DNA from: a virus | Length of the DNA stretch: 64,000 nucleotides | Strand: one strand, 5' to 3' | IMG/VR virus record: IMGVR_UViG_3300028840_006156 | Part shown: piece after piece, positions 1-8,981 of the stretch | How the letters are laid out: every line of letters starts with the position of its first letter | Numbering within the stretch: position 1 is the first letter of the stretch | Made by a program: the position numbers and the translations under genes | The notes under the pieces: model-generated | What the model saw: the letters and a program-made list of their open reading frames with translations, nothing else | Told to the model about the DNA's origin: nothing | Databases searched by the model: none

Positions 1-701
1 ATGTCGTCGACCTCGACTTCACGCCCGAGTCCGTCGAGCCACGGGCCCTTGCTCTGCGGGCGCCACAGTCCCCGGCTCATGATGATCTGCGCATGGGCCT
101 GCTCGCAGCCGCTGCCGATCAGCGTCGCGTCTAGACCACGCACCGACTCGCATCCGGCCCAGGAGATGATCCCGGGTCCCGCGCCGAAGCTCGTGCCATG
201 TCGCTCGACGTAGCGCCAAGCCGCCTCGACGGCCGCCGAGTGCATGTGCTGCGCCTCCGCGCGGCGGACCACGTAGGTGTGGAGGCCCCGAGCTGCGCGC
301 GCGACCGCCTCGACGTCGAGGTCGCCGGACTGCTGCATCGCCTTGCGGTCCTCGAGCGTCCAGTCGAGTTGGACCTCGGTCACGCTCGCGGCCTTCGAGC
401 TGAGGTGATGCGGGAGCACGCCGATCACGTGCTTGCCGCGGACGTTGGCGGCGTTGTGTCCGTCGGCGAGTGCTTGCGCTTCGAGCACGTCTAGATCGCG
501 GGCGATCGTGCCGCCGCAGATCACATCGTAGACGTCACGGCGTAGGCTGATCTTGGCGGTCCGAGCATGGGCATGGGCGTGCTCGACCACGGGCGTCGAG
601 TCGTCGATGTAGCCCTCGCGGATCAGGTACTCGACGAGGGGAGCGTGGCGCGTGACGACGAGGTCGAAGCGCGCGGGGACGTAGGTGTTCTTGGTCTTCA
701 T
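1..701 (-). CDS. Csx16 (VVA1548-family)-like protein with a ~40 aa insertion and C-terminal extension; runs off the left edge
   Basis: Not in the ORF track (no stop in window). Manual translation from ATG 701: MKTKNTYVPARFDLVVTRHAPLVEYLIREGYIDDSTPVVEH...NVRGKHVIGVLPHHLSSKAASVTEVQLDW...LDVEAVARAARGLHTYVV, matching the Csx16 pattern (V)TRH...V-H...VIG-LP-HL. Confidence 0.75.
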   Translation of the reverse strand, partial: MKTKNTYVPARFDLVVTRHAPLVEYLIREGYIDDSTPVVEHAHAHARTAKISLRRDVYDVICGGTIARDLDVLEAQALADGHNAANVRGKHVIGVLPHHLSSKAASVTEVQLDWTLEDRKAMQQSGDLDVEAVARAARGLHTYVVRRAEAQHMHSAAVEAAWRYVERHGTSFGAGPGIISWAGCESVRGLDATLIGSGCEQAHAQIIMSRGLWRPQSKGPWLDGLGREVEVDD

Positions 702-817
702 TTTTTCGTGTTCTGGACGGCTCATCAGCGCCGGCATGTCCAAGCCGGCGGACGCCCGCAAGTGACAATGCCCTGGTCGCAGGACCATGTCTCCCAGACG
801 GGGGCGTTTCGCCGAGG

Positions 818-1051
818 TCAGCGGCGGTGCACAAGTTCGACCACGGGCCCGGGATCCCGGGCGAGCCTACGGCGCACGCGTCGACACTCACGGCGAAAAG
901 CCCTCTCGCTGCGGAGCAGCGCGAGCCGAGGAAATCGCGGGTGACCCATGGCCACCATGGTGCCAGACAGCGTGAGGCGGTAACCGCGGCGCCACAAACG
1001 GCGGCGGACGAAGTGAGCGACAGTTTTGACGCGAGTTGAGATGTTGTTCAT
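818..1051 (-). CDS. hypothetical Arg-rich protein (77 aa)
   Basis: ATG preceded by the same CCAGAACACGAA leader as the gene at 701. Confidence 0.5.
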   Translation of the reverse strand: MNNISTRVKTVAHFVRRRLWRRGYRLTLSGTMVAMGHPRFPRLALLRSERAFRRECRRVRRRLARDPGPVVELVHRR

Positions 1052-1146
1052 TGTTCGTGTTCTGGCCTGGTTGGTCAGGAGCGCAGGGCGGCCAGCTCCG
1101 CGCTCGGTTGTAGTGGTAGTTCAGCGGGGATCGATCCCCAGAAAGA

Positions 1147-1305
1147 TCAGGTCGTTGGGTACATCGACTCGGATCGGAGCCGATGGCGGACGTCTGCGAC
1201 CTCGTCGCTCGGAAACACGCGCACGGCCACTCCGTCGAGGGTCAGTCGCACGTGGTCACCGACGCGGCGCGCCCGTGCGATCGCGTCGTCGATCGACTCG
1301 CTCAC
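1147..1305 (-). CDS. hypothetical protein (52 aa, VSESIDDAIARARRVGDHVRLTLDG...)
   Basis: Manual translation; GTGA start/stop overlap with upstream ORF. Confidence 0.5.
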   Translation of the reverse strand: MSESIDDAIARARRVGDHVRLTLDGVAVRVFPSDEVADVRHRLRSESMYPTT

Positions 1306-1445
1306 AGCGGGCCCTCGCAGTCGTCCGCCCAGGGGCAGCGCTCAACCGCGACCGGCAGGATCATCGTGACGAAGACGCGCCACGACCAGGCCGCGGTCGC
1401 GATCAGGCCGGAGTCGACGAGGACGTGGGCGAGCCAGTCGATCAT
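1302..1445 (-). CDS. small hydrophobic protein (47 aa, MIDWLAHVLVDSGLIATAAWSW...)
   Basis: Manual translation; ATGA overlap with upstream ORF. Confidence 0.5.
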   Translation of the reverse strand: MIDWLAHVLVDSGLIATAAWSWRVFVTMILPVAVERCPWADDCEGPL

Positions 1446-1714
1446 CGCCGGTCCTCCCATCGAAAGGTCGCGTGCGAATGGTCGCCGCGGCCTTCGACGA
1501 TCTCGCCGGACATTGATGCTGATCCATGCAGCCCGAAGCCGCCGGGACCAGCAAGCAGAGGGTTCGGGTCAAACCCATCTCCGATGCACTCACGTCCCAG
1601 CCAATCCTCGTCCCAGCCAAGCGTCGATTTGAGCCGCATGTCCTCCAGCTCGCGGTCGAGTCGCCCTTGGGCGATGACCTCGATCAACAGTCGCCGATCA
1701 ATCTTCGTCGTCAT
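1442..1714 (-). CDS. hypothetical protein (MTTKIDRRLL...)
   Basis: First gene of a translationally coupled trio; phage-like codon use. Confidence 0.55.
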   Translation of the reverse strand: MTTKIDRRLLIEVIAQGRLDRELEDMRLKSTLGWDEDWLGRECIGDGFDPNPLLAGPGGFGLHGSASMSGEIVEGRGDHSHATFRWEDRR

Positions 1715-1746
1715 CGGTCCACCCAACCGCACCCCGCCGATCTTAT

Positions 1747-1762
1747 TTCGAGAAATCTCGAA
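1747..1762. promoter_or_regulatory. AT-rich palindrome, candidate operator
   Basis: TTCGAGA-AA-TCTCGAA perfect inverted repeat in the most AT-rich intergenic stretch. Confidence 0.45.
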
Positions 1763-1785
1763 AAAATCGCAACCAACCGTAATCG

Positions 1786-2235
1786 CTAGGCTTTTCGCCC
1801 TCGACGCATTGGATCCGGCCGGTTGAGCAGCGAAGCGCGAATCGCGGGGTCATCGCTCGAGAGTCCCTGCCGGAGCCGCTCGTAGGCCTTGGTGAACTCG
1901 CTGGCCACGCCGTAGGTCTGCCGCATCTGCTCGGCGACCTCGGCCTGCAGCGCCGCCTTTCCCGCGAGGAGCTGCTCGCGCGTGATCACCGGCTGGACCT
2001 CGGCGCGCTCCTCGACCTGGCCGTTGGCTTCGCCGATCTCCTCCACTCCGAGGTCCACGACGACGTGCCGGATCGTGTAGCCGCCCTCGGCCCACCCTTC
2101 GCCGTCCTCGCAGCCTCCATGGTGCCGGTGGCACTCGACGCAGACGGCGGCGTAGTCGTCCCACGGCGGCTCCCAGAGCACGAAGAGCTTCGTCTCGAAG
2201 CAGTGCTCGCAGAAGTAGTAGCCGACGCGCCTCAC
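1786..2235 (-). CDS. Cys/His-rich putative zinc-binding protein
   Basis: CEHC and CVECHRHH motifs; TAGCGT-N6-GTG upstream. Confidence 0.6.
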   Translation of the reverse strand: MRRVGYYFCEHCFETKLFVLWEPPWDDYAAVCVECHRHHGGCEDGEGWAEGGYTIRHVVVDLGVEEIGEANGQVEERAEVQPVITREQLLAGKAALQAEVAEQMRQTYGVASEFTKAYERLRQGLSSDDPAIRASLLNRPDPMRRGRKA

Positions 2236-2252
2236 GGATCGACGCTAGCACG

Positions 2253-3398
2253 CTACGGGGCCGGGTCGGTCGAGACCTGCACGACGTCTGCGCTCGTCAC
2301 GAGGTAGCTCGACGCGGAGGGCACGACGTCGCCGGCCGGCACGACGATCGCACCCTGCGGCACCGAGAGCCCGTCGATGTCCTGCCAGGCTCCGGTGATC
2401 TGGGCGAGGTAGAGCGTGGCGCCGACCTCGACCTCGCCGGTGATCCCAGCCGTCGGGTCGCCGATCACAGCGACCGCGGTCGACCGCGCCTGCTCGAGCA
2501 CGGTGGCCTCGTCGAAGTCCGGGTCGACCACGAGGTTGTAGGCCTCGATGAAGACCGTCTGCGGGTTGAGGGCTTCGACGATCACGGGGATCCCGGCGCA
2601 CCTGTACTCGCGGAGTACCTTTCGCACCTTGTTCGCGAGCGAGCTGTTCGTCGTGCCACCTCCCCCGAGGACCCGGACCCGGACCCGGCCGGTCTGCGCG
2701 TCGCCGTCGAGGAGCTCCTCGGCCTGGGCGGAGATGATCCCGGGCACAGCGGCGGCCGCCGCCTCGATCGCTCCGAGGGTCCCGCGTCGAGCTCGCTGGT
2801 ACGCGGTCTCGAGCTGCGCCTGGTAGTCCTCGGGCGACTGCTCGACGAGACCACCGCTTGCGGGCTCGTTGTTGTTGACCGCCAACGTCGTGTCTGGGAC
2901 CTGCCCGAGGATCGTCGAGATCGTCAACGCCGGGACGTTGCCGCCCGGACCAGCGGTCGTGGCGATCGCGTCCACGGTGTCGCCCGTCACGCCGAAGCCC
3001 AGCGGCAAGTCGACGGCGGTCTCGAAGGTCACGCCGCCGTTGGTCGAGACGAGGGTCCCCGCCGCGATCACGATCGACGATCCGCCCGGATCGCGCTTGA
3101 AAGTCAGCGGGACGATCGACGAGGTGGCTCCCTGTCGGATCTCGCCGCCGAGTTCGCTGGCGCCGTAGCGCTCGAGGGCCTCGATGCTGACCGACAGCGC
3201 CGTGCGCAGCCGGGTCTCGTTCAGCTCCCGCTGGGCATAGGTCGACGCTCGCTCGGACATCGCACCGACGGCCGCGAAGGCGATGTTCACCTGGCTACCA
3301 GGCGTCTCCATGATCTCGCGGGTCAGGCGAGTAGGCCGCGCGAGCCCCTCGCGTTTGGCGGCCTGGATGTAGTCCTCGGCGGTGGGCAGCGTGGCCAC
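2253..3398 (-). CDS. baseplate J-like wedge protein
   Basis: 381 aa; IAAGTLV...FET, AIATTAGPGGNV, GG..EQS.EDY, AAAAVPGI pattern; TACCCT-N6-GTG upstream. Confidence 0.9.
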   Translation of the reverse strand: MATLPTAEDYIQAAKREGLARPTRLTREIMETPGSQVNIAFAAVGAMSERASTYAQRELNETRLRTALSVSIEALERYGASELGGEIRQGATSSIVPLTFKRDPGGSSIVIAAGTLVSTNGGVTFETAVDLPLGFGVTGDTVDAIATTAGPGGNVPALTISTILGQVPDTTLAVNNNEPASGGLVEQSPEDYQAQLETAYQRARRGTLGAIEAAAAAVPGIISAQAEELLDGDAQTGRVRVRVLGGGGTTNSSLANKVRKVLREYRCAGIPVIVEALNPQTVFIEAYNLVVDPDFDEATVLEQARSTAVAVIGDPTAGITGEVEVGATLYLAQITGAWQDIDGLSVPQGAIVVPAGDVVPSASSYLVTSADVVQVSTDPAP

Positions 3399-3410
3399 GC
3401 GCCGAGGGTA

Positions 3411-3689
3411 TCACCGGAGCCTTGCGAGCCTTCGCTCGATCCGTTTGGCTGCGCGCGAGTGGTTGCGCGCGAGCGCGTAGTGGCCGTCGCTCGTGCACCT
3501 GACCCACTGAGCGCGCGCGGCACCCAGGCCAGCTTCCAGCGCTGCGATCTCCGCATGGTCTCCGCGCTTGAGCGCCCTCGCTCGACGGTACGCCCGAAGC
3601 CTCCGCCTGACCGCCAGACGCTTGTCGGGGTCGAGCACCGCGTCGGCGACCAGCGCAGCGGCGACCGAGCCGAGGACGAGCGCGATCAT
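3411..3689 (-). CDS. hypothetical protein with hydrophobic N-terminus
   Basis: ATGA-coupled to 3686-3802. Confidence 0.55.
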   Translation of the reverse strand: MIALVLGSVAAALVADAVLDPDKRLAVRRRLRAYRRARALKRGDHAEIAALEAGLGAARAQWVRCTSDGHYALARNHSRAAKRIERRLARLR

Positions 3690-3802
3690 GAGCCGAGAGC
3701 GTCCATGTACTCGCGCACCAGACCATCGATTCGACCCGCGCGATCGAGGTGCGGTCCTCGGCGAAGCTCGCGGCCGTTGAACTCGATCATGATGCGGATC
3801 AT
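3686..3802 (-). CDS. hypothetical protein (38 aa, MIRIMIEFNGRELRRG...)
   Basis: Manual translation; starts 7 nt after a GGGAAG-N17-GGTAG motif. Confidence 0.55.
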   Translation of the reverse strand: MIRIMIEFNGRELRRGPHLDRAGRIDGLVREYMDALGS

Positions 3803-3809
3803 GCCCGGT

Positions 3810-3837
3810 CTACCGCGAGCCCCACCGATCGCTTCCC
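3810..3837 (-). promoter_or_regulatory. GGGAAG-N17-GGTAG promoter motif
   Basis: 7 nt before ATG 3802. Confidence 0.8.
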
Positions 3838-3839
3838 GC

Positions 3840-4730
3840 TCACCGCGCCGGCAGGTCGAAGAGGAACGTTTGCAGACCCTCGGTCCGCGGCTGCACGCTG
3901 ATCACGAACCGGACCACGCCGCCGCCATTGGCCTCGACCTCGACGCGGGCTTCGACGGCCGCCTCGCGTACGTCGGGCTCGAACTGGATCTGCTCGCGCA
4001 CGCGCACGGCGATCTGCTGGACGTCGTATGGCCGCGCGACGCGCTTGGCGAAGCTGGTCAGGCCGTAGTTGGGTAGGTGCGAGAAGGCCCCGACCTCGGT
4101 CTGGATCCGCTGGAGGATTCGCGTCTTCAGTGACTCGGCGTTGTCCGCGAGGACGAGCTCGCCGGCCTCGTCGTAGCGCCAGATCCGCTCTCGCGCGACG
4201 GGCAGACCGGTGACCGGGTCGATCTCGAAGAAGGGGTTCGACCAGTCGCCGTAGGTGTCGACGGCCGCGATCCCGGTCCGGTTGCGCAGCGGACGGTCGC
4301 GCGCGGTCACGATGAAGATCGTCTGGCCGCCGAACTTCTGGCAGTTCGCGCCGAGGATCGGTCCGACGAGCTGGACCGCGTACTCGATCCCGGGCTCGAG
4401 GGTCGGCGCCGTCCAGACATGTAGCTGCGTAGGATCGTCCTCGTCTTGGAGGATGTCGTTGATCACCACGCCGCGGGTGGGCCTGCGCTTGCCGGGCTCG
4501 ACGTAGATCCCACCGTCGAGGGTAGGCACCGCTGGATCGATCGGGTCGACGCGCCAGTTCAGCGCGTTGCGGCTGTCGCGGTAGCCGATCGGGTCGCGCC
4601 ACTTCGGCGGGTCGGTGAAGAAGACCGTGATCTTGTTCTCTCCGACGCACAGGGCCGTGATGATCGAGAGCAGGCCCGGTCCGCCCCAGGGCGCGACGGT
4701 GCCGAAGGGCAGGATCCCGAAGCCGCTCAC
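3840..4730 (-). CDS. baseplate wedge gp25/gpW-like protein with N-terminal beta-rich (Ig-like) domain
   Basis: C-terminal ILQRIQTEVG.F..LPNYG...QIQFEPDVREA matches gp25/W family; adjacent to J. Confidence 0.75.
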   Translation of the reverse strand: MSGFGILPFGTVAPWGGPGLLSIITALCVGENKITVFFTDPPKWRDPIGYRDSRNALNWRVDPIDPAVPTLDGGIYVEPGKRRPTRGVVINDILQDEDDPTQLHVWTAPTLEPGIEYAVQLVGPILGANCQKFGGQTIFIVTARDRPLRNRTGIAAVDTYGDWSNPFFEIDPVTGLPVARERIWRYDEAGELVLADNAESLKTRILQRIQTEVGAFSHLPNYGLTSFAKRVARPYDVQQIAVRVREQIQFEPDVREAAVEARVEVEANGGGVVRFVISVQPRTEGLQTFLFDLPAR

Positions 4731-4748
4731 GCGTCGAGGGTACTACGC

Positions 4749-4775
4749 GGGAAGCGATCGGGTGGCGGTGGGTAC
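4749..4775 (+). promoter_or_regulatory. GGGAAG-N16-GGTAC promoter motif
   Basis: 8 nt before ATG 4784; back-to-back with TACCCT of gene 4730. Confidence 0.75.
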
Positions 4776-4783
4776 TTGTGGCG

Positions 4784-5203
4784 ATGAGTGAAGATCTCAG
4801 CGACAGGCTCCGCGCCGAGGTCGAGCGGCTCACCGCGGAGGCCGCCCGCCTACGGGAGCGGGTCGCCGAACTCGGGCGCATGCTGTGCATCAATGCGGCC
4901 GAGGATGCGCCCGCCGCGGAGCGCTCTTGTGCATTCATCGCTCGAGCGCGAGAGTTGGTCTGCTTGGAGTTGATCGGGCGACGCCCGTGTGTGCGGTGCG
5001 AGGAGATGTGTGACAGTCAAATGGAGCACATCGAGAGCAACGACTACAGGCCCTGGCCCATGTGCGCAGGCTGTGCTGAAGAGGTCGAAGGGTGGAACGA
5101 CGGCACCCCTACAGGGGCCAAGCCCGCGGAGCATCACGCTGACTGCACGCCCACGTCTCACTGCGGCGGCGAGGGCTGCCCTGGGAAGGCGTCTGACTGG
5201 TGA
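4784..5203 (+). CDS. coiled-coil plus Cys-rich hypothetical protein
   Basis: CVRC, CAGC and HHxxC motifs. Confidence 0.6.
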   Translation: MSEDLSDRLRAEVERLTAEAARLRERVAELGRMLCINAAEDAPAAERSCAFIARARELVCLELIGRRPCVRCEEMCDSQMEHIESNDYRPWPMCAGCAEEVEGWNDGTPTGAKPAEHHADCTPTSHCGGEGCPGKASDW

Positions 5204-5538
5204 TCGCGTCCAAGCTGATCCGGCTCGCCAAGACGAGGGTTCGCCGAGGCCTGACCATCGACTCACCGAGCTTCGTCAGCGAGTCCGCCCTCTATCTCGT
5301 GGGCGAGCCGGACGCCGTCGAGGGCCACGCTCGACTTCGCTCCGAGACCCGGTCCTATGCGGACGGCCTCCTGGTGGAGGTTGCCCAGGCCTTCGCCCTC
5401 CGGCGCGACCGAGCTCGACGAGAAGACGGCGAGGTCGAGTTGCGAGCGGCGTTGGTCGAGGCCAGGGCCGTGATCGACGCCTGGGTCGACGCGATCGATC
5501 ATCGGGCGGATCAGGGCACGCGGTCGACGAACTCGTAG
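5200..5538 (+). CDS. hypothetical protein
   Basis: GTGA overlap with upstream gene. Confidence 0.5.
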   Translation: MIASKLIRLAKTRVRRGLTIDSPSFVSESALYLVGEPDAVEGHARLRSETRSYADGLLVEVAQAFALRRDRARREDGEVELRAALVEARAVIDAWVDAIDHRADQGTRSTNS

Positions 5539-5939
5539 CTGAACCAGACGTGGGTCGCCGCGGTCGTGTTGTTGATCGCGATGACCTGCAGCCACGCCTC
5601 GAAGCCCTGCGGGAGGTCCTGGTCGATCGCCGCGAAACCGCCGGGCCAAGGGTTGCCGGCGTTGGCGACGCTGATCGCCTGCAGCCCGACGTACTCGAGC
5701 GCCGCCCCACCAAGCCCTGGTGCAGCGTAGACGAGCCGCGCGTCGAAGGTCAGGCCCGCGGTCATGTCGACCGGGTTCGAGCTCTCGGTGCCGCCGTCGT
5801 AGCCGATCCCGTACCACTGGACGAAACCCGTCGTCGGGCCCCGGATCGACTCGACGAGTCCGCCCGGAGCCGGACGGGTCTGCAGCGTCGACCACTCGGG
5901 GTCCGGGCCGTCGGCGATCAGGAAGCGGCGGTGCAGCAT
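5511..5939 (-). CDS. putative virion protein
   Basis: Beta-rich composition; TAGCCT-N6-ATG; baseplate context. Confidence 0.55.
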   Translation of the reverse strand: MLHRRFLIADGPDPEWSTLQTRPAPGGLVESIRGPTTGFVQWYGIGYDGGTESSNPVDMTAGLTFDARLVYAAPGLGGAALEYVGLQAISVANAGNPWPGGFAAIDQDLPQGFEAWLQVIAINNTTAATHVWFSYEFVDRVP

Positions 5940-5948
5940 GCCGCGAGG

Positions 5949-6494
5949 CTAGCACGCGCAGGCGCACGACCCGGCCGGGTGGGGGAGCAGGATCAGCGTG
6001 TAGCCGGCCTCGAGCACCGAGCACCCGGAGTTCGCCGCGGAAAAGGCCGGGGCGCCGCCGCAGACAGTTCCGAAGCCAGCGCCGCCCGGAGCGGTGCACA
6101 CGAAGCTGCTCGGCCCCAGCGAGACCGAGGCGAGCGACCACGGCCCAGCCACGACGGTCTTCGTCACGGTGCCGCCGTCGGTGAGCGTGAGCGCCCAGAA
6201 TCCGTAGCCGAGCCAGGTCGTGGTCGACTCGCCGGGCGGGACCGAGATCAGCACGACGCCCGTGGTCGCGCCGCCTGCAGGGCTCTGGTCGACATCGACC
6301 GCGAGCGAGTGCGCGACGATCGACGTGTTCGGGGATGCGTAGATCGACGCCGTCCCCGAGAAGCCCGTGAGCGAGAGCGGCCTTCCGGTGCGCGCGTCGA
6401 TCATCCGCAGCCGGACGTCGATCGAGTTGCCCCGCTGCGCTTGAAGCGTCAGCGGGACAGGACAGATCGTCTGCGCGATCGGGTCGAGGGCCAT
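5949..6494 (-). CDS. putative baseplate/fibre attachment protein (BppU-N-like) with Cys-rich tail
   Basis: QRGNSIDVRLRMIDARTGRPLSLTG pattern; TACCCT-N6-ATG. Confidence 0.55.
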   Translation of the reverse strand: MALDPIAQTICPVPLTLQAQRGNSIDVRLRMIDARTGRPLSLTGFSGTASIYASPNTSIVAHSLAVDVDQSPAGGATTGVVLISVPPGESTTTWLGYGFWALTLTDGGTVTKTVVAGPWSLASVSLGPSSFVCTAPGGAGFGTVCGGAPAFSAANSGCSVLEAGYTLILLPHPAGSCACAC

Positions 6495-6645
6495 ACGGTC
6501 AGGGTACTACGCGGCGCACGGCGGCGATCAGGGGGCAGTGGGTCGAGGTCTGGTCTCGGATGCCAACGTCGGCCCAGAATCCGCCGAACCTCACTCGACC
6601 GGTTAATTCGATCGTCTCGGAATCGATCACCCCGCGGTTGGGGAG

Positions 6646-6673
6646 ATACCCGCGAGTTCGCCGATCGCTTCCC
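6646..6673 (-). promoter_or_regulatory. GGGAAG-N17-GGTAT promoter motif with no adjacent start codon
   Basis: Exact spacing; followed by ~150 bp intergenic DNA. Confidence 0.6.
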
Positions 6674-6676
6674 CGC

Positions 6677-7435
6677 TCACGCGATCGTGATCACGGAGAG
6701 CAGGATCGGCTTGGACGTCGTGACCACGACCACCGCCCAGACGTCGGCCGAGGTCGTCCCGCTCGTGTCGAGGTCGACCGTCATCACGCAGATCGACGCG
6801 AGAGCGTTGGCGCCTGGGACATCGAGAAAGGACTCACTGTTGACGGTTGGCGGCGCCCCCACATTCCCACCCGAGGCGTCGACGAAGTCGTAGGCCACGA
6901 CCTCCGAGGACGTCGAAGGTAGACCGATCGCCGCCGTCGTGAATGTCTCCGACGCCGAGATCGCCAGTGTGTCAGTCGGCGCGGCGTTGAGCAGCTGCGG
7001 GGCCCCGAGTGAGCGGAGGATCGCCTCGACCTCCTTCGCCCAGTTCTTCGTGTTCGGCGATCCGGCGATGTCGTAGTTCGCCTCCTCGGCTCGCTGGTCG
7101 GCTGCCGGGTAGAGGAAGCCGTCGCCGTCGCGAACCCCGACGATCCTCGTGTCGATCTCGCCCTCGGCCCCGTCGTTGATCGCCAGCTGCACGCGGTAGG
7201 TTCCCGCGACGTCCGGCGTGAAGGTGAACTCCGCGGTGGTCGCCGTCGCGTTGGTCAGGATCGCGCTGCCGATCGGGACGTCGAGGACGGTCCAGCGCCA
7301 GCGTGTGACGCCGGTGTCGACGGCGTTGCGAAGGGTGACCGGGCTGGCGAGCAGGATGTCGTCTCGAGCGACGCCGGGCTGGCCCACTGGCGTGGGGTTG
7401 GCGAGTTGGTCGATCGTGATCAGCGCGCTGGCCAT
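6677..7435 (-). CDS. PKD/Ig-like domain virion protein
   Basis: RWRWTVLDVPIGS...FTFTPDVAGTYRVQLAINDG is a PKD-like signature; TGATG overlap fixes the start at 7435. Confidence 0.7.
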   Translation of the reverse strand: MASALITIDQLANPTPVGQPGVARDDILLASPVTLRNAVDTGVTRWRWTVLDVPIGSAILTNATATTAEFTFTPDVAGTYRVQLAINDGAEGEIDTRIVGVRDGDGFLYPAADQRAEEANYDIAGSPNTKNWAKEVEAILRSLGAPQLLNAAPTDTLAISASETFTTAAIGLPSTSSEVVAYDFVDASGGNVGAPPTVNSESFLDVPGANALASICVMTVDLDTSGTTSADVWAVVVVTTSKPILLSVITIA

Positions 7436-7857
7436 CAGACATTCGCCCAGTCCATGGCCCAAACTCGATCGAGCCAGGGCGCGAAAAAGACCTGGACCAT
7501 CTTCGTATCGATCACGGTGCTCGCTGCGTCGTTGACGCTGATCCGCTCACGCAGCTCGGTCACATCGCCAGACTCATGAACGATCGTGAGTGGGGCGCCG
7601 GCGCTCACGATCATGAAGACCGGGAACTGCGACAGGTTCGCCGCGTTGTCGACCTCGTAGTCGGGGTGCTCGCCGTCGGAGGTCACAAGGCGGACGCCCT
7701 TGATCACGGTGCCGCCGGCGACAATGCAGGCGTTGTGCTCGTAGGTCTTGATCTCAAGTACGCCCTCGCCGTCGACGGTCAAAGGGGCGATGTGCCCCTT
7801 GATGGTGAACACCACGGGGCCGATATTGTCAGCGCGCAGGACTTTGTAGCGACTCAT
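7435..7857 (-). CDS. putative tail fibre-associated protein
   Basis: ATGA-coupled start MSRYKV. Confidence 0.55.
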   Translation of the reverse strand: MSRYKVLRADNIGPVVFTIKGHIAPLTVDGEGVLEIKTYEHNACIVAGGTVIKGVRLVTSDGEHPDYEVDNAANLSQFPVFMIVSAGAPLTIVHESGDVTELRERISVNDAASTVIDTKMVQVFFAPWLDRVWAMDWANV

Positions 7858-8468
7858 CGCACGATCTCCTTGACCTCGATCAAAGACTTCGAATCGAAGG
7901 TGATCGTGCCACCGATCGCCGACCGAATCTCGATCGAGACAACATTTCCAGACACGCGTGACCGGAGGTGCAGTCGCCCGTTCGCGCCCAAAACGAACGG
8001 CGTGTCGGCGTGGAGATTTCCTCCGATCGGGTATTCGCAGGTGCCAGAGCTCGACAGGGCCACGCTCTTCACCGAGGCGGGAGGTCCGACCGAGCCAAAG
8101 ATCTCGACGGTGAACACGGCAGTCGACCCCTCGCGCACAGCGAACGACGTGACCTCGGTCCACGAGTGCTTGACTACCGCCAGCGTCGACGGGATCGCTG
8201 GATGTGCGGACGTCAAGATCGCGCCGGTGTCATGCGCGGCGACCGCCGCACCGATCGTCGTTGACTCTCCGACGGTCGGTGATCGATCGAACACGATCTT
8301 TATCTCGTTCCCTGAGCCCGGCTCGTTTGGCCACTCGCCAACTGAGCAGCTTTCGACGACGAGGTTCGACGCGGACGCGACCAGGACCGACTTGACGTCG
8401 GACTCGAGGTGACTGGCAAACGCATTGCCCGCTACGGTTGCCGTCAGGTCAAAAAACTCCGTACTCAT
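7854..8468 (-). CDS. putative tail fibre/receptor-binding accessory protein
   Basis: Beta-rich; coupled operon 8926-6677. Confidence 0.55.
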   Translation of the reverse strand: MSTEFFDLTATVAGNAFASHLESDVKSVLVASASNLVVESCSVGEWPNEPGSGNEIKIVFDRSPTVGESTTIGAAVAAHDTGAILTSAHPAIPSTLAVVKHSWTEVTSFAVREGSTAVFTVEIFGSVGPPASVKSVALSSSGTCEYPIGGNLHADTPFVLGANGRLHLRSRVSGNVVSIEIRSAIGGTITFDSKSLIEVKEIVR

Positions 8469-8926
8469 GCGACCCTCTCAAATGCCCAGTTTGCGCCAAG
8501 TGCTTGGGTCGTCCCCGGGCTGACGGGCTGACGGAACTGCAGATCGAGGGTGGCGACTCCTGGGGGCAGCGGGAGCGTAAAACTTCCGCTGAACGAGTAT
8601 CGTCCGTTTGCTACCCCGTAGTCGGTGAGCGGACCGGAGAGGACCAGCGCGCCTGGGTTGATCACGAGTTGGACCTCGATCTCCGACCCAGCGTTCACGA
8701 GCGGACCGCCGGCCAGCATGGTCACCGTGAAGGAGTAGACCCCTCCGGCCAACGAGCCAGTCGTCAGCACAAGATAGCTGGCATACGCACCGGTGGCGCT
8801 CGCTGGTGTCTGGCGGGTGATCGAGTGAAACTCGCGCCAGGTATTCACAGCGGCGACCGCCGCCGCCCCGCCGCCTGCGCTGACCGGGCACCCGCCCGCC
8901 GGCCTCGCTCCTGCTGGGATCGCCAT
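8465..8926 (-). CDS. putative virion protein (beta-sandwich, fibre tip-like)
   Basis: TAGACT-N6-ATG; Gly/Ala/Thr rich. Confidence 0.55.
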   Translation of the reverse strand: MAIPAGARPAGGCPVSAGGGAAAVAAVNTWREFHSITRQTPASATGAYASYLVLTTGSLAGGVYSFTVTMLAGGPLVNAGSEIEVQLVINPGALVLSGPLTDYGVANGRYSFSGSFTLPLPPGVATLDLQFRQPVSPGTTQALGANWAFERVA

Positions 8927-8981
8927 GCCAGGAGTCTACCAGCTTGCACGGCGCGCCCGCGCGCGAGACCATCGCCAGGCC

